From assembly GCA_048195375.1 (NCBI GenBank), contig DBFADZ010000039.1, forward strand, positions 19,334-83,333: DNA of 64,000 bases, written 5' to 3'. The stretch is from Collinsella sp. (GTDB lineage: Bacteria; Actinomycetota; Coriobacteriia; Coriobacteriales; Coriobacteriaceae). Positions 44,432 through 54,885 of this stretch are shown one piece after another (position 1 is the stretch's first letter; each line of letters opens with the position of its first letter). A program made the position numbers and the translations under genes. Below the pieces are notes generated by a model. That model searched no databases, had not been told where the DNA came from, and saw nothing but the letters and a program-made list of their open reading frames with translations.

Positions 44432-44689
44432 TTACGCGTTCGCGAGCGGGCGTACGCTGACCCTGTGCTTGATACCCTTGTGGAACTCAACGGTACCGTC
44501 GACCAGCGCGAACAGCGTGTCGTCCTTACCACGGCCAACGTTCTCACCCGGGTGGATGTGCGTGCCGTGCTGACGGACGAGAATCGTGCCCGTGGTTACC
44601 GTCTGGCCGGCATAGCGCTTCGTGCCAAGGCGCTGACCGCGGGAGTCACGGCCATTACGGGAGGAACCGAGTCCTTTTTTGTGTGCCAT
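44432..44689 (-). CDS. rpmA: 50S ribosomal protein L27
   Basis: [20 protein letters not shown]. Confidence 0.98.
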   Translation of the reverse strand: MAHKKGLGSSRNGRDSRGQRLGTKRYAGQTVTTGTILVRQHGTHIHPGENVGRGKDDTLFALVDGTVEFHKGIKHRVSVRPLANA

Positions 44690-44722
44690 TGTGTATACCT
44701 ACTCTTTCGTTACGAGTGTAAT

Positions 44723-45097
44723 CTACTCGGCGACGGGAGCCTCGGCAACAGCCTCGGCCTCTGCCTTGACAGCCTTCTTGGCGCGGGACGTAGCCTGGAC
44801 CTTCACGATCTTCAGCTTGGTGAGCTGCTGACGGTGACCCTTCAGACGACGATAGCGCTTGCGCTTGTGGAACTTGAAGACCAGCTGCTTCTCGCCCTTG
44901 AACTGCTCAACGATCTGAGCGGTAACCTTGGCCTTGGCCAGCTTGTCGGGATCGGTGACGATCTTCTTACCATCGTTGAGGAAGATAACCGGCAGGGTGA
45001 CCTTGTCGCCCTCATTGCCCTCGATCTTCTCGACGGTGATGACATCGTCGGTGGCGACCTTGTACTGCTTGCCGCCCGTGTTAACGATTGCGTACAT
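44723..45097 (-). CDS. rplU: 50S ribosomal protein L21
   Basis: MYAIVNTGGKQYKV, KRKRYRR.KGHRQ. Confidence 0.97.
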   Translation of the reverse strand: MYAIVNTGGKQYKVATDDVITVEKIEGNEGDKVTLPVIFLNDGKKIVTDPDKLAKAKVTAQIVEQFKGEKQLVFKFHKRKRYRRLKGHRQQLTKLKIVKVQATSRAKKAVKAEAEAVAEAPVAE

Positions 45098-45164
45098 GTT
45101 TACTTGCCCTTCATGCATCAGTTAGTGCAACAGCCGAATATAGTAGCAGGCGAAAATACCCCCG

Positions 45165-45977
45165 TCAACGAGTATGTGGAGCAAATCCACAAGTTCGCAC
45201 AGGTATGGGGCTGACGAGTCGGCCCTCGTCGTCCTCGCATGCTTGATTCTGACGCTCGACATCGTAGGAGCAGATGGTCACGAGGTCTTGCATACCGGTG
45301 GAAACAATAGGTGCATCCACGCCCGGGGTCAAGCCCTGCAACAAAACATCAGCAGCGGAAAGCAAAATTTCCGGACGCATGGAGCCCTCGTTGTCGGCAT
45401 GGGTGTCGAGTATGAGCACCAAATGGTCCGGGCGCTCCCCCGCCGTGAGCTCATAGCCCACGAGCGTGTGATCCAAATCCAAGCGCTTGCTCTTTTTTCC
45501 GCGCGCGTAGTCGATGCCATTGCCCGCGCGCAGCGTGTCGATCGCACGACGCACCTCGTCGGCGCTTACGGGCGCCTCGGGATCCAAGTGCAGGTCGATG
45601 CGATACGACAGGCGCGTGAGCTGCGCCGTCAACGCCGGCGTGCGCACGTCGATGTACGCCGCCTCGATGGGCGCCAGATCGGCCGGAGACGCCGCAGCCA
45701 GGCGCCCAAACGCCTCGTCGAGCGCCACGAACTCGGTCATAAACAGGTCATACCACTCGCAGGTCGACGACGTACCAACAGGCAGCGCCGAAGAGAAGCC
45801 CACGCGCATGTGCGGAGAGAAGCCCTGCGTGACGGCATAGGGAAGCCCCGCACGGCGCACGATGCGCTCAATGGTATGGATTACTTCGAGATGCCCCAGG
45901 TACTTAAGGCGATCGCGCTTTCCATAGCGAACACGAAGTCTAAAGAGCGTGGGGTTGTCGGTCAGGCGCTCACTCAT
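45165..45977 (-). CDS. Radical SAM-linked protein (TIGR03936/DUF2344-like)
   Basis: R..Y.K....KY.GHL...RRAGLP...QGFSPH...F..ALPVG..S..E..D; overlaps the radical SAM gene stop. Confidence 0.85.
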   Translation of the reverse strand: MSERLTDNPTLFRLRVRYGKRDRLKYLGHLEVIHTIERIVRRAGLPYAVTQGFSPHMRVGFSSALPVGTSSTCEWYDLFMTEFVALDEAFGRLAAASPADLAPIEAAYIDVRTPALTAQLTRLSYRIDLHLDPEAPVSADEVRRAIDTLRAGNGIDYARGKKSKRLDLDHTLVGYELTAGERPDHLVLILDTHADNEGSMRPEILLSAADVLLQGLTPGVDAPIVSTGMQDLVTICSYDVERQNQACEDDEGRLVSPIPVRTCGFAPHTR

Positions 45978-47851
45978 GCGCGATCACCCATCAATACATT
46001 CTTGGCGTGGAGCGTGGGGCAGATCCCGCAGCCGGTGCACGACGTGCGGGTGCAGTCGGGAGTCGTGACGCCCTCGAGTGAGCGACGGTACTCGCGCTCG
46101 AGGAAGCCGCGCGTGCAGCCGGGGCTCACGTGCTCCCACGGCAGGCGCCAGTCCAACTCGTAGGGCAGGTGCACGAGCTCATTGAGGTCGATGCCGTTTT
46201 TGGCAGCAGCTTCCTTCCAGTTATCGAGCGAGAAATGCTCTACCCAGGCGTCAAAGCGAGAGCCCGAGCGCCAAGCGTCGATGATGACGGGCGTCATGTC
46301 ACGACCGGCGCGGGACAGCGCAGCCTCGATGAGCGAGGTCTCGGCATCGTGGTAATGAACGCGGACGGCACGGTTGCGAACGCTCGTGATGAGCAGCTTC
46401 TGGCGACGCTTGACGTCGTCGTAGTCGAGCTGCGGGCACCACTGGAACGGCGTGGCAGCCTTGGGGATAAAGACCGAAACCGAGATGGACACCGAGATCG
46501 AGCCGCGACGAGCCTTGGGCACCACGGAACGACCGAGCTCCAGCACGTGATCGGCCAGATTGGCGATGGCCACGATGTCCTCGTCGCGCTCGCCGGGAAG
46601 GCCCATCATAAAGTAGAGCTTCATGCGGTTCCAGCCGGCCTCGAAGGCCGCCTTGGCCGCACGGTCCAGGTCCTCCTCGGTCACGTTCTTGTTAATGATG
46701 TCGCGCATGCGCTGGCTGCCGGCCTCGGGCGCGAACGTCAGGCCGCCCTTCTTTTCGCCGGCGACCGACTCAGCCATATCCACGCCAAACGAATCCAGGC
46801 GCTGCGACGGAATAGACACGCGAATACCCGTATCCTCCAGGCGACGGTTGAGCCTGCCGAGCACGTCGCGAATGCAGGAGTGGTCGGTCGTGGAGAGCGA
46901 GGTCAGCGACACCTCGTCATAGCCAGTCTTTTCCAGGCCCTGAATCACCGACGAGACGATCTGGTCCGCCGAGCGCTCGCGCACCGGGCGATACGTCATG
47001 CCGGCCTGGCAAAAACGACAGCCGCGGGCGCAGCCGCGCAGGATCTCGATAGACAGGCGGTCGTGAACCAGCTGCGCATAGGGCACGCACGACTGCGACA
47101 GCGGATTCGTGGCGCCGAAATCCTCGACGACGCGCTTGTAGACCACGGTCGGCGCATCCTTGCCCTCACGTGGCACGGTGTAGCCATGCGGCGAGCAGGG
47201 CTCGTCATGACGAACCTCATAGAGTGACGGCACGTAGTTGCCGGCAATGGATGCAAGCTGCTCAACAATCTGCGCGCGCGGGACTCCTTCGTCACGCAGG
47301 CGGCGATGCAGCTGGCAGGTCTCGAGCAGCGATTCCTCGCCCTCACCGATGAGGATGGCATCGAAGAAGGCCGCGTACGGCTCGGGGTTGTACACCGAGG
47401 GGCCGCCGGCGATGATGATGGGGTCGTCCTCGGTGCGGTCGGCCGCTAACAGCGGAATGCCAGCGAGGTCGAGAGCCTCGAGGAAGTTCGTCACCGCCAT
47501 CTCGTGCGGCACATGCAGGCCGACGATATCAAACGAAGCGACCGGCGCTGCACCCTCGAGCGACAGCAGCGGAATGCCCGCCTCGCGCATGGCGTCACCC
47601 ATATCGGGCCACGGCACATAGCCGCGCTCGCAGGAGATGCCCTCGGCCTGGTTAAGGATGTTGTAGAGGATGGCGATGCCCTGGTTGGGCAAACCAACCT
47701 CGTACACATCCGGGTAGATCAGGCAGCAACGGTAGTCGGCATCGGCCTTGGAAAGCGTGCCCCACTCGTGATCGATATAGCGGCTCGGCTTCTCGACCTT
47801 GGCGAGCAACGGCTCAATTAAATGAAAACAATCTTGGTACGGAACGCGCAA
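45974..47851 (-). CDS. Radical SAM protein, TIGR03960-like
   Basis: KPSRY..E, YPDVYEVG, NPEP, EILRGCARGCRFCQAG (CxxxCxxC), TFAPEAGSQRMR, YFMMGLP, C-terminal Cys cluster. Confidence 0.88.
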   Translation of the reverse strand: MRVPYQDCFHLIEPLLAKVEKPSRYIDHEWGTLSKADADYRCCLIYPDVYEVGLPNQGIAILYNILNQAEGISCERGYVPWPDMGDAMREAGIPLLSLEGAAPVASFDIVGLHVPHEMAVTNFLEALDLAGIPLLAADRTEDDPIIIAGGPSVYNPEPYAAFFDAILIGEGEESLLETCQLHRRLRDEGVPRAQIVEQLASIAGNYVPSLYEVRHDEPCSPHGYTVPREGKDAPTVVYKRVVEDFGATNPLSQSCVPYAQLVHDRLSIEILRGCARGCRFCQAGMTYRPVRERSADQIVSSVIQGLEKTGYDEVSLTSLSTTDHSCIRDVLGRLNRRLEDTGIRVSIPSQRLDSFGVDMAESVAGEKKGGLTFAPEAGSQRMRDIINKNVTEEDLDRAAKAAFEAGWNRMKLYFMMGLPGERDEDIVAIANLADHVLELGRSVVPKARRGSISVSISVSVFIPKAATPFQWCPQLDYDDVKRRQKLLITSVRNRAVRVHYHDAETSLIEAALSRAGRDMTPVIIDAWRSGSRFDAWVEHFSLDNWKEAAAKNGIDLNELVHLPYELDWRLPWEHVSPGCTRGFLEREYRRSLEGVTTPDCTRTSCTGCGICPTLHAKNVLMGDRA

Positions 47852-47861
47852 CGGAAAACCC

Positions 47862-48791
47862 CTAAGCAGCGAGATCTGATGCGTCCTGGTAGGACGCCAT
47901 AGGACGGGTAGCGCCCGCGACCGTGGTCACAAGATCGCGAACGCGGGAAAACGTGGCAGTGACTACCTCATTGGCACGGCTGTAGTCGACATCGCGCTCG
48001 TAGAGCGAAACGAGCGCACGGCCCATGCCATAGGTGCCCGCGGCAGCAGTGAGCGCCTTGACGGCAAACCCAATATGCGGCGTCTGCTTGACAAGTGCGC
48101 GGGTGACCGCTCGGATCACAAGACCGCCGGCAAGCACGCCCGCGACCTCGTAGCCGCGCTCAGGCTTAATGCCGCGTCCAAAGACGGCAGCGAGCTCAAA
48201 GAGCATGCCCACCTGCGCCAGCGCCATAACGGGATAATCGGCGCCCGGCAAAAACACCAGCGCACCGGTCGCCATATTGGTGAGCGCGCACGAGGTGATG
48301 ATACGATTGGCCGCCGCGATGCGCATGAAGGCAAAGTTCGCCGCAAAAGCCGTTTCCTTGTCGGTGCGATCGAGAATCCAGCGGGCAAGCGTCTCGAGCA
48401 GATACGTCTTATCGGTTGCCGCTACCACGCCGAGCATGGGCGTGGACTCCTCGATAAACGGCACCTCCACAGCAGACTCGGCAAGCACGCACACGGGCGC
48501 GCCGGCGATCACGAGCTCCTGCACGGCACTCTCCAAGCGGTCGGAACCACACGAGAGCACCAGCACCACATCGGTATCGGTCTTTGGAGCAATTCGCTCC
48601 TCCCCCAGACGCTCGACGCGCACAATGCCCGAGGTCGTCTGCGGCACAAAGGCGTCACGCACCGTCTCGGCCAGAAAGCGCGAGGCGGACGAATCCAGAT
48701 AGACCGAGACGCGCACCGGCGTATCGGAATCCTTCTTAACGGACGCGCCCATCTTAAAAGCGCGGGTCAGCTTATCTACGGGAATTTTCAT
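47862..48791 (-). CDS. Uncharacterised membrane-associated protein, DUF697/YcjF-like C-terminus
   Basis: PGAD...M...Q..M...LA..FG followed by amphipathic or hydrophobic helices. Confidence 0.6.
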   Translation of the reverse strand: MKIPVDKLTRAFKMGASVKKDSDTPVRVSVYLDSSASRFLAETVRDAFVPQTTSGIVRVERLGEERIAPKTDTDVVLVLSCGSDRLESAVQELVIAGAPVCVLAESAVEVPFIEESTPMLGVVAATDKTYLLETLARWILDRTDKETAFAANFAFMRIAAANRIITSCALTNMATGALVFLPGADYPVMALAQVGMLFELAAVFGRGIKPERGYEVAGVLAGGLVIRAVTRALVKQTPHIGFAVKALTAAAGTYGMGRALVSLYERDVDYSRANEVVTATFSRVRDLVTTVAGATRPMASYQDASDLAA

Positions 48792-48809
48792 AGCAAACCC
48801 CTCCAGCGG

Positions 48810-50036
48810 TTACGCGGCGCCCGAACGATGCCGCCATATGGATTGTACGATACCCACCGTCAGCAGCTGAATCATCATCGAAGACGAACCGAAGCTAATA
48901 AACGGCAGCGGAATACCGGTAATCGGCATCATGCCGATGCACATGCCGATGTTTTCGAAGGTCTGGAACGCCCACATGCCAACGATGCCCACACACGAAA
49001 GACGCAAAAACAGCGACTCGCACTTAAAGGCGACGCGAATCGTCGAGAAGATGAGCAGTACGTACAAGCACAGCAGCAAAAAGGAGCCGCAGAAGCCAAA
49101 GGTCTCGGACAAAAAGGCGAAGACGAAGTCGGTGTGGAACTCAGGCAGAAAGCCGCCGGCCGACTGCGTCGCATGCCCCAGGCCCTTACCAAAGAAACCG
49201 CCCGAGCCGACCGCGATCAACGACTGCTGCAGATTGTACGCATCGTCCGAATCGGCATTATCGGGGTCGATAAAGACCGTCAGACGGTTCATCTGATACT
49301 GCTTGATGAGCACATCATGGCCGAGCAACGAATCAAAGACCGAATCGAGCGCCAGGACGAGGGCCACCAGGCCCACAAGCAGGGCCAGGGTCGACAGCAC
49401 CCATTCGCGGCGTGCACCGCTCATACAGATGACGATAGCGCCAGAAACCAGCACGACCAGGCCCGATCCCAGGTCGCCCATGGCAACGACGGCCAAAAAC
49501 GGAATGGACAGCATGCCGCAGAGCTTGACGTAGTCGCGAACGGTATCGATGCGACCGTTATACTGCGAGCCAAGCGTAGCAATAAAGAAGATGGTGATGA
49601 GCTTGGCAAGCTCAACCGGCTGGAATGTCAAGCCGATACCGGGAATCTTGATCCAGCCCGTCATGCCCAGACCGCCCGTATAGGACAGACCCGGAATCTT
49701 GGGCGAGAGGATCACGATCAGGTCGATGACGAGCAACGCCGTCGAGAAATTGGAAATACCGCGCAGGTCGGAGCGCCAGACCAGCACCGCCAGCACTGCT
49801 CCGATGCCAATTCCCAGCAGATGGCGTGAGAACGAAGCATCGGCCTTAAACTGCGAAGCCGACCAGATAATGATGGCACCGTAGGCGACGAGCGCCACAG
49901 TAGCCACGAGCACACCGATATGCACCTTTTGGCGAAACGTGCCGCGCGAGGCCGAAAGTTGCTTGTTGACGCGGTCCAGGCTGCTGCGAGAGCCGGTCTT
50001 GGTTGAACGGAACAGATCCGCCGGAGAAAAATCCAT
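48810..50036 (-). CDS. rodA: SEDS glycosyltransferase RodA
   Basis: FQPVELAK, DLGS, QS.IAVGSGG..GKG, LPE.HTDFVF, PITGIPLPFISFG.SS. Confidence 0.94.
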   Translation of the reverse strand: MDFSPADLFRSTKTGSRSSLDRVNKQLSASRGTFRQKVHIGVLVATVALVAYGAIIIWSASQFKADASFSRHLLGIGIGAVLAVLVWRSDLRGISNFSTALLVIDLIVILSPKIPGLSYTGGLGMTGWIKIPGIGLTFQPVELAKLITIFFIATLGSQYNGRIDTVRDYVKLCGMLSIPFLAVVAMGDLGSGLVVLVSGAIVICMSGARREWVLSTLALLVGLVALVLALDSVFDSLLGHDVLIKQYQMNRLTVFIDPDNADSDDAYNLQQSLIAVGSGGFFGKGLGHATQSAGGFLPEFHTDFVFAFLSETFGFCGSFLLLCLYVLLIFSTIRVAFKCESLFLRLSCVGIVGMWAFQTFENIGMCIGMMPITGIPLPFISFGSSSMMIQLLTVGIVQSIWRHRSGAA

Positions 50037-50045
50037 CGCAACCTC

Positions 50046-52115
50046 CTATCGAACCGAAGAATCGCCCGAGGCCGAAGAGGTATCGGGCTCGCCATAAATC
50101 ACGCCGAGCACGTCGCGCACGACATGCATCGCGGTATCTGAGCCGCCGCCGCCCTGCTCCAGGACAGTAGCGATGACATACTTGGGGTCATCGGCCGGTG
50201 CATAGGCGCAGAACCACGCGTATTCGTCCTCGCCGCTTTTCTCGCCCGTGCCCGACTTGCCGTATACCTGCGGCGTCAGGGTGCCAAAGTGCGCCGCCAG
50301 GGACGTCGATGCCGTGTAAATCACGTCGTGCATGCCGTTGCGAACAAGAGCCAAATCCGAATCGCTGTTGATCTTGGCCACCAAGCGCTTCTTCTTGCCC
50401 TTGCCGTTGTACTTATAGGCATCGCCGTCGCCATCGCGCGACACGGCAGACAAAAACACGTGAGGCACGTACTGTTTGCCGCCGTTGGCAAGACCCATAT
50501 AGGCACACGCCATCTGCAGGGGCGTCACCAGAATGTCACCCTGACCGATGGCAATGTTGGTCATATCGCCGGCATTCCACTTGCGGTCCTCGGCAGAGGC
50601 GTCGGTGAAGTACGACTCTTTCCACTCGGCATCGGGAATACGGCCCGCGCCCTCACTCGGCAGATCGATACCGCAGGTCTTGCCTAGACCCCAGCGACGA
50701 AAGACCTCCTGCAGGCCCTCGGGATGTTGCTCGTCATAAAAGAACGCCTTGCCCATGTCGTAGAAGACGGGGTCGCACGAGTTGGCGATACCCGACTGCA
50801 GCGTCATGGTGCCGTGGCCGGAATGCAGCCAGCAGTACTTGCCCCACGACTTGCCCAGACCCGTCCAATAACCCGTGCAGTTGGTCGTCTGCCCCGACGT
50901 GTAGGTTCCAAACTCAAGACCGGCCAGCGCCGAGAGCGGCTTGATGGTCGAGGCCGACATGTACTGTCCGCTAATAGCGCGGTTGAGCAGCGGGTGCGAA
51001 CCCTTGTCATCATTGAGCTCGGTCCACACGTCATTTGAGACACCGCCGATAAAGACGGACGGATCGAACTTGGGCTCGCTCGCCATGCCCAGGATCTCGC
51101 CATTGTTGGGATCGAGACACACTACGGCGCCGTTGCCGGCATTGCTGTAGCCAGTGGTCTTGGCAAGCTCGATAGCGCTCGCCAGCGCCGTCTCGCAGGC
51201 CTGCTGGATCTTAAGGTCGAGCGTGAGCTTAATGTCGGAGCCGGCCTTCGCGGGCACGGCGCCGGCCTGACCGGTCACATTGCCCGAGGCATCGACCTTG
51301 ACGGTCTGCTCGCCACGAATACCCTGCAGCAGGTTTTCGTAGTAGCTCTCAACGCCCGCCTGGCCCACGATATCGCCCGACTGGTACGTAATCTTGCCAG
51401 CAGAAGCATCATCATCGCCAGAGGTTTTCTTATTCTGGGCCTCGAGCTGCTCGGAGGTAATGGTGCCGGTATAGCCCAAGATATGACATGCCGTCTCGCC
51501 ATATGGATACTGGCGCTCGGTACGCTCGGCAATCTTGACGCCCGGGAACTCGCCGGCATGCTCCTGAATATAGGCAACCGTGGAGCGACGGACGTCCGTC
51601 GCGATGGTATGCAGGCTCTGTGCGCCCTCTGTATTATCCTGAATATTGCGAAGGACCGCCACGTAAGGCATTCCAAGCACGTTGGCAAGATGGCGAACCA
51701 GAACCTCATCCTCGGCAAGGTCGCGGTAGGCCACGACAGCAAGTGAGGGACGGTTCTGGACAAGCGCCACGCCATTGCGGTCGAGGATGCGGCCGCGCAC
51801 AGCGGGTGTGGTAACGGTGCGAGTCTGATTGCTATTAGCCTGCTTCTCGTAATAGTCCGACGAGACCATCTGCATGCCCCACAGCTTGACGGCAAGTGCC
51901 GCAAACATCGCGCCCACACCCGTGGTGAGGATGGAAAAGCGGCCCTTAAAGGCGGTCGCCGCGGTATTGCCCTCGCCCTCGGTGGCGCGCGGGGCCGTTC
52001 CATGCTGCGTATCGTAGGTAAAACGGGAATCGCCGCGACGCATGATGACCAGCGCGACCACGATGGCCACAACCAGCACGATACCGGCGATAATAACCGT
52101 CAACTGGGAAGACAT
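50046..52115 (-). CDS. mrdA: Penicillin-binding protein 2 (class B)
   Basis: RGRILDRNG, STIK (SxxK), SCD, IGQG, KSGT. Confidence 0.93.
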   Translation of the reverse strand: MSSQLTVIIAGIVLVVAIVVALVIMRRGDSRFTYDTQHGTAPRATEGEGNTAATAFKGRFSILTTGVGAMFAALAVKLWGMQMVSSDYYEKQANSNQTRTVTTPAVRGRILDRNGVALVQNRPSLAVVAYRDLAEDEVLVRHLANVLGMPYVAVLRNIQDNTEGAQSLHTIATDVRRSTVAYIQEHAGEFPGVKIAERTERQYPYGETACHILGYTGTITSEQLEAQNKKTSGDDDASAGKITYQSGDIVGQAGVESYYENLLQGIRGEQTVKVDASGNVTGQAGAVPAKAGSDIKLTLDLKIQQACETALASAIELAKTTGYSNAGNGAVVCLDPNNGEILGMASEPKFDPSVFIGGVSNDVWTELNDDKGSHPLLNRAISGQYMSASTIKPLSALAGLEFGTYTSGQTTNCTGYWTGLGKSWGKYCWLHSGHGTMTLQSGIANSCDPVFYDMGKAFFYDEQHPEGLQEVFRRWGLGKTCGIDLPSEGAGRIPDAEWKESYFTDASAEDRKWNAGDMTNIAIGQGDILVTPLQMACAYMGLANGGKQYVPHVFLSAVSRDGDGDAYKYNGKGKKKRLVAKINSDSDLALVRNGMHDVIYTASTSLAAHFGTLTPQVYGKSGTGEKSGEDEYAWFCAYAPADDPKYVIATVLEQGGGGSDTAMHVVRDVLGVIYGEPDTSSASGDSSVR

Positions 52116-52128
52116 CTACGGGCCTCCC

Positions 52129-52701
52129 CTATTTGAGCTTGCGGGTCTTGGGCTTAAAGCGCATACCCGCCTGGCGTCCGCCACGTGCGGAGAATCCATA
52201 GCCGGACTGCGGCACGACGCCGGACATCAAAAACGGAATGGCAACCAGACCCGTCAGGATCGAGGACGGCAGCGCATGGCCGAAGATCGCCACGACAAAG
52301 CTCGTCTCCAAACCCATAAACAGCAAGATGATGCTGTAGATCACATTAATGACGAGCGCAAAGGCGCCCACAGTGACGCCGCGCGCACTCGGGGTACCGC
52401 CCGTCTGACCGACGGCGCTGTGCACCAGGGCAAAAGAACCCACGGTCAGCAGGAGCGACATAACGCCCACCGGCACGGCAGCGGACAGGTCATAGAACAA
52501 GCCGCTGCAAAAACCGCACACGACGGCACGGGTCGGGTCGCCCGAGAACACGCTTAGGCACACCAGGATAATCATGAAGTTGACGCGACCGCCCGCAATG
52601 GAGATCTGCGGTGCCAGGCCTGCCTGCAGCAGCACGCACACAATGGCAGCGATCACAAACGTGCGGGAGCTCATCCCCTGCTCGTGTAGATCCATGGACA
52701 T
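52129..52701 (-). CDS. mreD: Rod shape-determining protein MreD
   Basis: Multi-TM protein with GF..GL.YD; located after mreC. Confidence 0.85.
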   Translation of the reverse strand: MSMDLHEQGMSSRTFVIAAIVCVLLQAGLAPQISIAGGRVNFMIILVCLSVFSGDPTRAVVCGFCSGLFYDLSAAVPVGVMSLLLTVGSFALVHSAVGQTGGTPSARGVTVGAFALVINVIYSIILLFMGLETSFVVAIFGHALPSSILTGLVAIPFLMSGVVPQSGYGFSARGGRQAGMRFKPKTRKLK

Positions 52702-52706
52702 GCCCC

Positions 52707-53705
52707 CTATTCGCTCGAGCCGGAATCGGTCGTCTCGGACGTGTCGGAACTGTCATCCGAGCTCTCGTCCTTCATCTTGGTTGCAGCATCGCGCGACGTT
52801 CCCTGCGGCGTGCTGTTGGCCGTGCTCACGTCCTCATCCGAGGCCGACTGTTCGTCGGTCAGCGAGGTGATGACCAGCACTTCCTCGTTATTCTCGGCCG
52901 TGGTCTGAGCGCGCACCACAATGGTGTAGTACACGTCGTTTGCCGATTTCTCAACCGACGAGACGGTGCCAAGCGGAAGGCCCTTGGGGAACACGCCACC
53001 GATGCCAGAGGTCACGATGATATCGCCAACCTTAACATCGGAGTCGACGCTCACGTACTCAAGACGCAGCGTGCCGTCAGCCTGACCCTGCAGCATGCCC
53101 TGGGCGCGCGTGTCCTGTACCATGGCGGACACACCCGAGTTCTCGTCGCCAATAAGGCGCACGGTAGAGGTCTTGGCCGATACCTCGATAATCTGACCGA
53201 TAACACCGGCAGAACTCGTCACGGGCATGTTGATGGTAAGGCCGTCGGCAGAGCCCTTGTCGATGGTTACGGTCGAGGTCCAGGCATCGCCCGAGGCACC
53301 AACGATACGAGCAGCGGTCGATTTGAGGTTGTAGGTCGACTGCAGGCCGACCAGCCCCTCCAGACGCTCGGCGGTCTTTTGAGCCTCGGAGAGCTCAGCA
53401 ACCTTAGAGGTCAGCTCCTCGTTTTGCTTCTTAAGCTCGTCAAGCGTGTCCTGCGACGCCGTAAGGTTAGAGAACACGTTGCCGATCGCATTGAAGGGGG
53501 CCGCCACAGCCGAGCCCACAAAGCGCACCGGCGAGGTAATCGTCGTCACGCCCGAACGCACGGCATGAATCGGTCCTGCCTCGCCCTCGCGGATGTAAAA
53601 CGTGAGCAGCAACACCGAAATCAGGCTGAAAACAATCAACGGGCGCATACCCGTTGATTGTCGCTTGGTATTCAGATTTGTGGAGAAACCCGAAGATCGT
53701 GCCAA
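52707..53705 (-). CDS. mreC: Rod shape-determining protein MreC
   Basis: TM plus coiled coil, TIDKGSADG, GD.IVTSG.GGVFPKGLPLG. Confidence 0.94.
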   Translation of the reverse strand: MARSSGFSTNLNTKRQSTGMRPLIVFSLISVLLLTFYIREGEAGPIHAVRSGVTTITSPVRFVGSAVAAPFNAIGNVFSNLTASQDTLDELKKQNEELTSKVAELSEAQKTAERLEGLVGLQSTYNLKSTAARIVGASGDAWTSTVTIDKGSADGLTINMPVTSSAGVIGQIIEVSAKTSTVRLIGDENSGVSAMVQDTRAQGMLQGQADGTLRLEYVSVDSDVKVGDIIVTSGIGGVFPKGLPLGTVSSVEKSANDVYYTIVVRAQTTAENNEEVLVITSLTDEQSASDEDVSTANSTPQGTSRDAATKMKDESSDDSSDTSETTDSGSSE

Positions 53706-53726
53706 ATGGAATCCACCTTTTGGAAA

Positions 53727-54770
53727 TTAAGCATTGGTCTGGACGAAGCCGCCATCAAACGCATTGGCCTCGAGCACGCGGGCACAGCCGTTAACGACGT
53801 TATCGAGCGCCGTGGGGCTGACGTTGACCGAAACACCGGTCTCATCGCGCAGGCGCACGTCGAGACCGCGCAGCAGCGCGCCGCCACCAGTCAGCAAAAT
53901 GCCGTAGTACATAAGGTCCGAGGCAAGATCGGGAGGCGTAGCGTCGAGTGCGTCCTTGACGGCCTTGGCCATCTCGTCGAGCGGCTTGTTGAGCGCGCGA
54001 CGAATCTCCTCGCTCTCGATGCGCACGGTCTTGGGCAGACCGGTGATCACGTCGCGGCCGTTGACCTCGACGTCGAGCTCGTCCTTGAGCGGCACGGCGG
54101 AGCCGACCTTGATCTTGATGTCCTCTGCCGTACGCTCGCCGATGGCCAAGTTGTAGGCATCACGAACGTGCGTGAGGATGGCCTGATCGAACTCGTCGCC
54201 GGCAATACGGATGGACTGCGAGACGACGATGCCACCCATAGCGATAACGGCAACCTCGGTGGTACCGCCACCGATGTCGATGACCATGGAGCCGGTGGGT
54301 TCCTCGACGGGCAGATCGGCGCCGATAGCGGCAGCCATGGGCTCCTCGATCAGGTAGGCCTGGCGAGCGCCAGCCTGGATCGTGGCCTCAAAGACAGCAC
54401 GCTTCTCGACCGACGTGACGCCGGAGGGAACGCAGACGACAACGCGCGGACGCGGGGTCCACGGATAGCGCTTCTCGGACGCCTTGTCGATAAAATAGCG
54501 AAGCATAGCCTCGGTAACATCGAAGTCGGCGATGACGCCGTCCTTCAGGGGACGAACGGCCACGATGTTGCCGGGCGTACGGCCGAGCATGCGCTTTGCC
54601 TCGATACCGACCGCCAGGATGCGCTCGTCGTTCTTGTCGATGGCGACTACAGAGGGCTCGCGAATGACGATGCCCTTGCCGCGCACGGAGACAAGCGTAT
54701 TTGCGGTGCCGAGGTCGATGGCAAGATCGCCCGCATAGCTACCGAAGAACATATCCATCAAAGAAAACAA
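53727..54770 (-). CDS. mreB: Actin-like rod shape protein MreB
   Basis: IDLGTANTLV, RPLKDGVIADF, EEPMAAAIGA, DIGGGTTE, TGGGALL. Confidence 0.98.
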   Translation of the reverse strand: MFSLMDMFFGSYAGDLAIDLGTANTLVSVRGKGIVIREPSVVAIDKNDERILAVGIEAKRMLGRTPGNIVAVRPLKDGVIADFDVTEAMLRYFIDKASEKRYPWTPRPRVVVCVPSGVTSVEKRAVFEATIQAGARQAYLIEEPMAAAIGADLPVEEPTGSMVIDIGGGTTEVAVIAMGGIVVSQSIRIAGDEFDQAILTHVRDAYNLAIGERTAEDIKIKVGSAVPLKDELDVEVNGRDVITGLPKTVRIESEEIRRALNKPLDEMAKAVKDALDATPPDLASDLMYYGILLTGGGALLRGLDVRLRDETGVSVNVSPTALDNVVNGCARVLEANAFDGGFVQTNA

Positions 54771-54885
54771 CGCAACTCCTGATGTGTTGGATGATTGCTG
54801 GAAAACTACTAGCTCATGATACTAGCGCAAGCCCGGCACCTCACTTGCGGTGAAGCGCCGGGCAAAGCTAAATCCCATAAGGTCA

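Noticed and set aside
44432..45097. Missing prp (ysxB) between rplU and rpmA
   Set aside because: Expected, because L27 starts MAHKKG with no cleavable N-terminal extension
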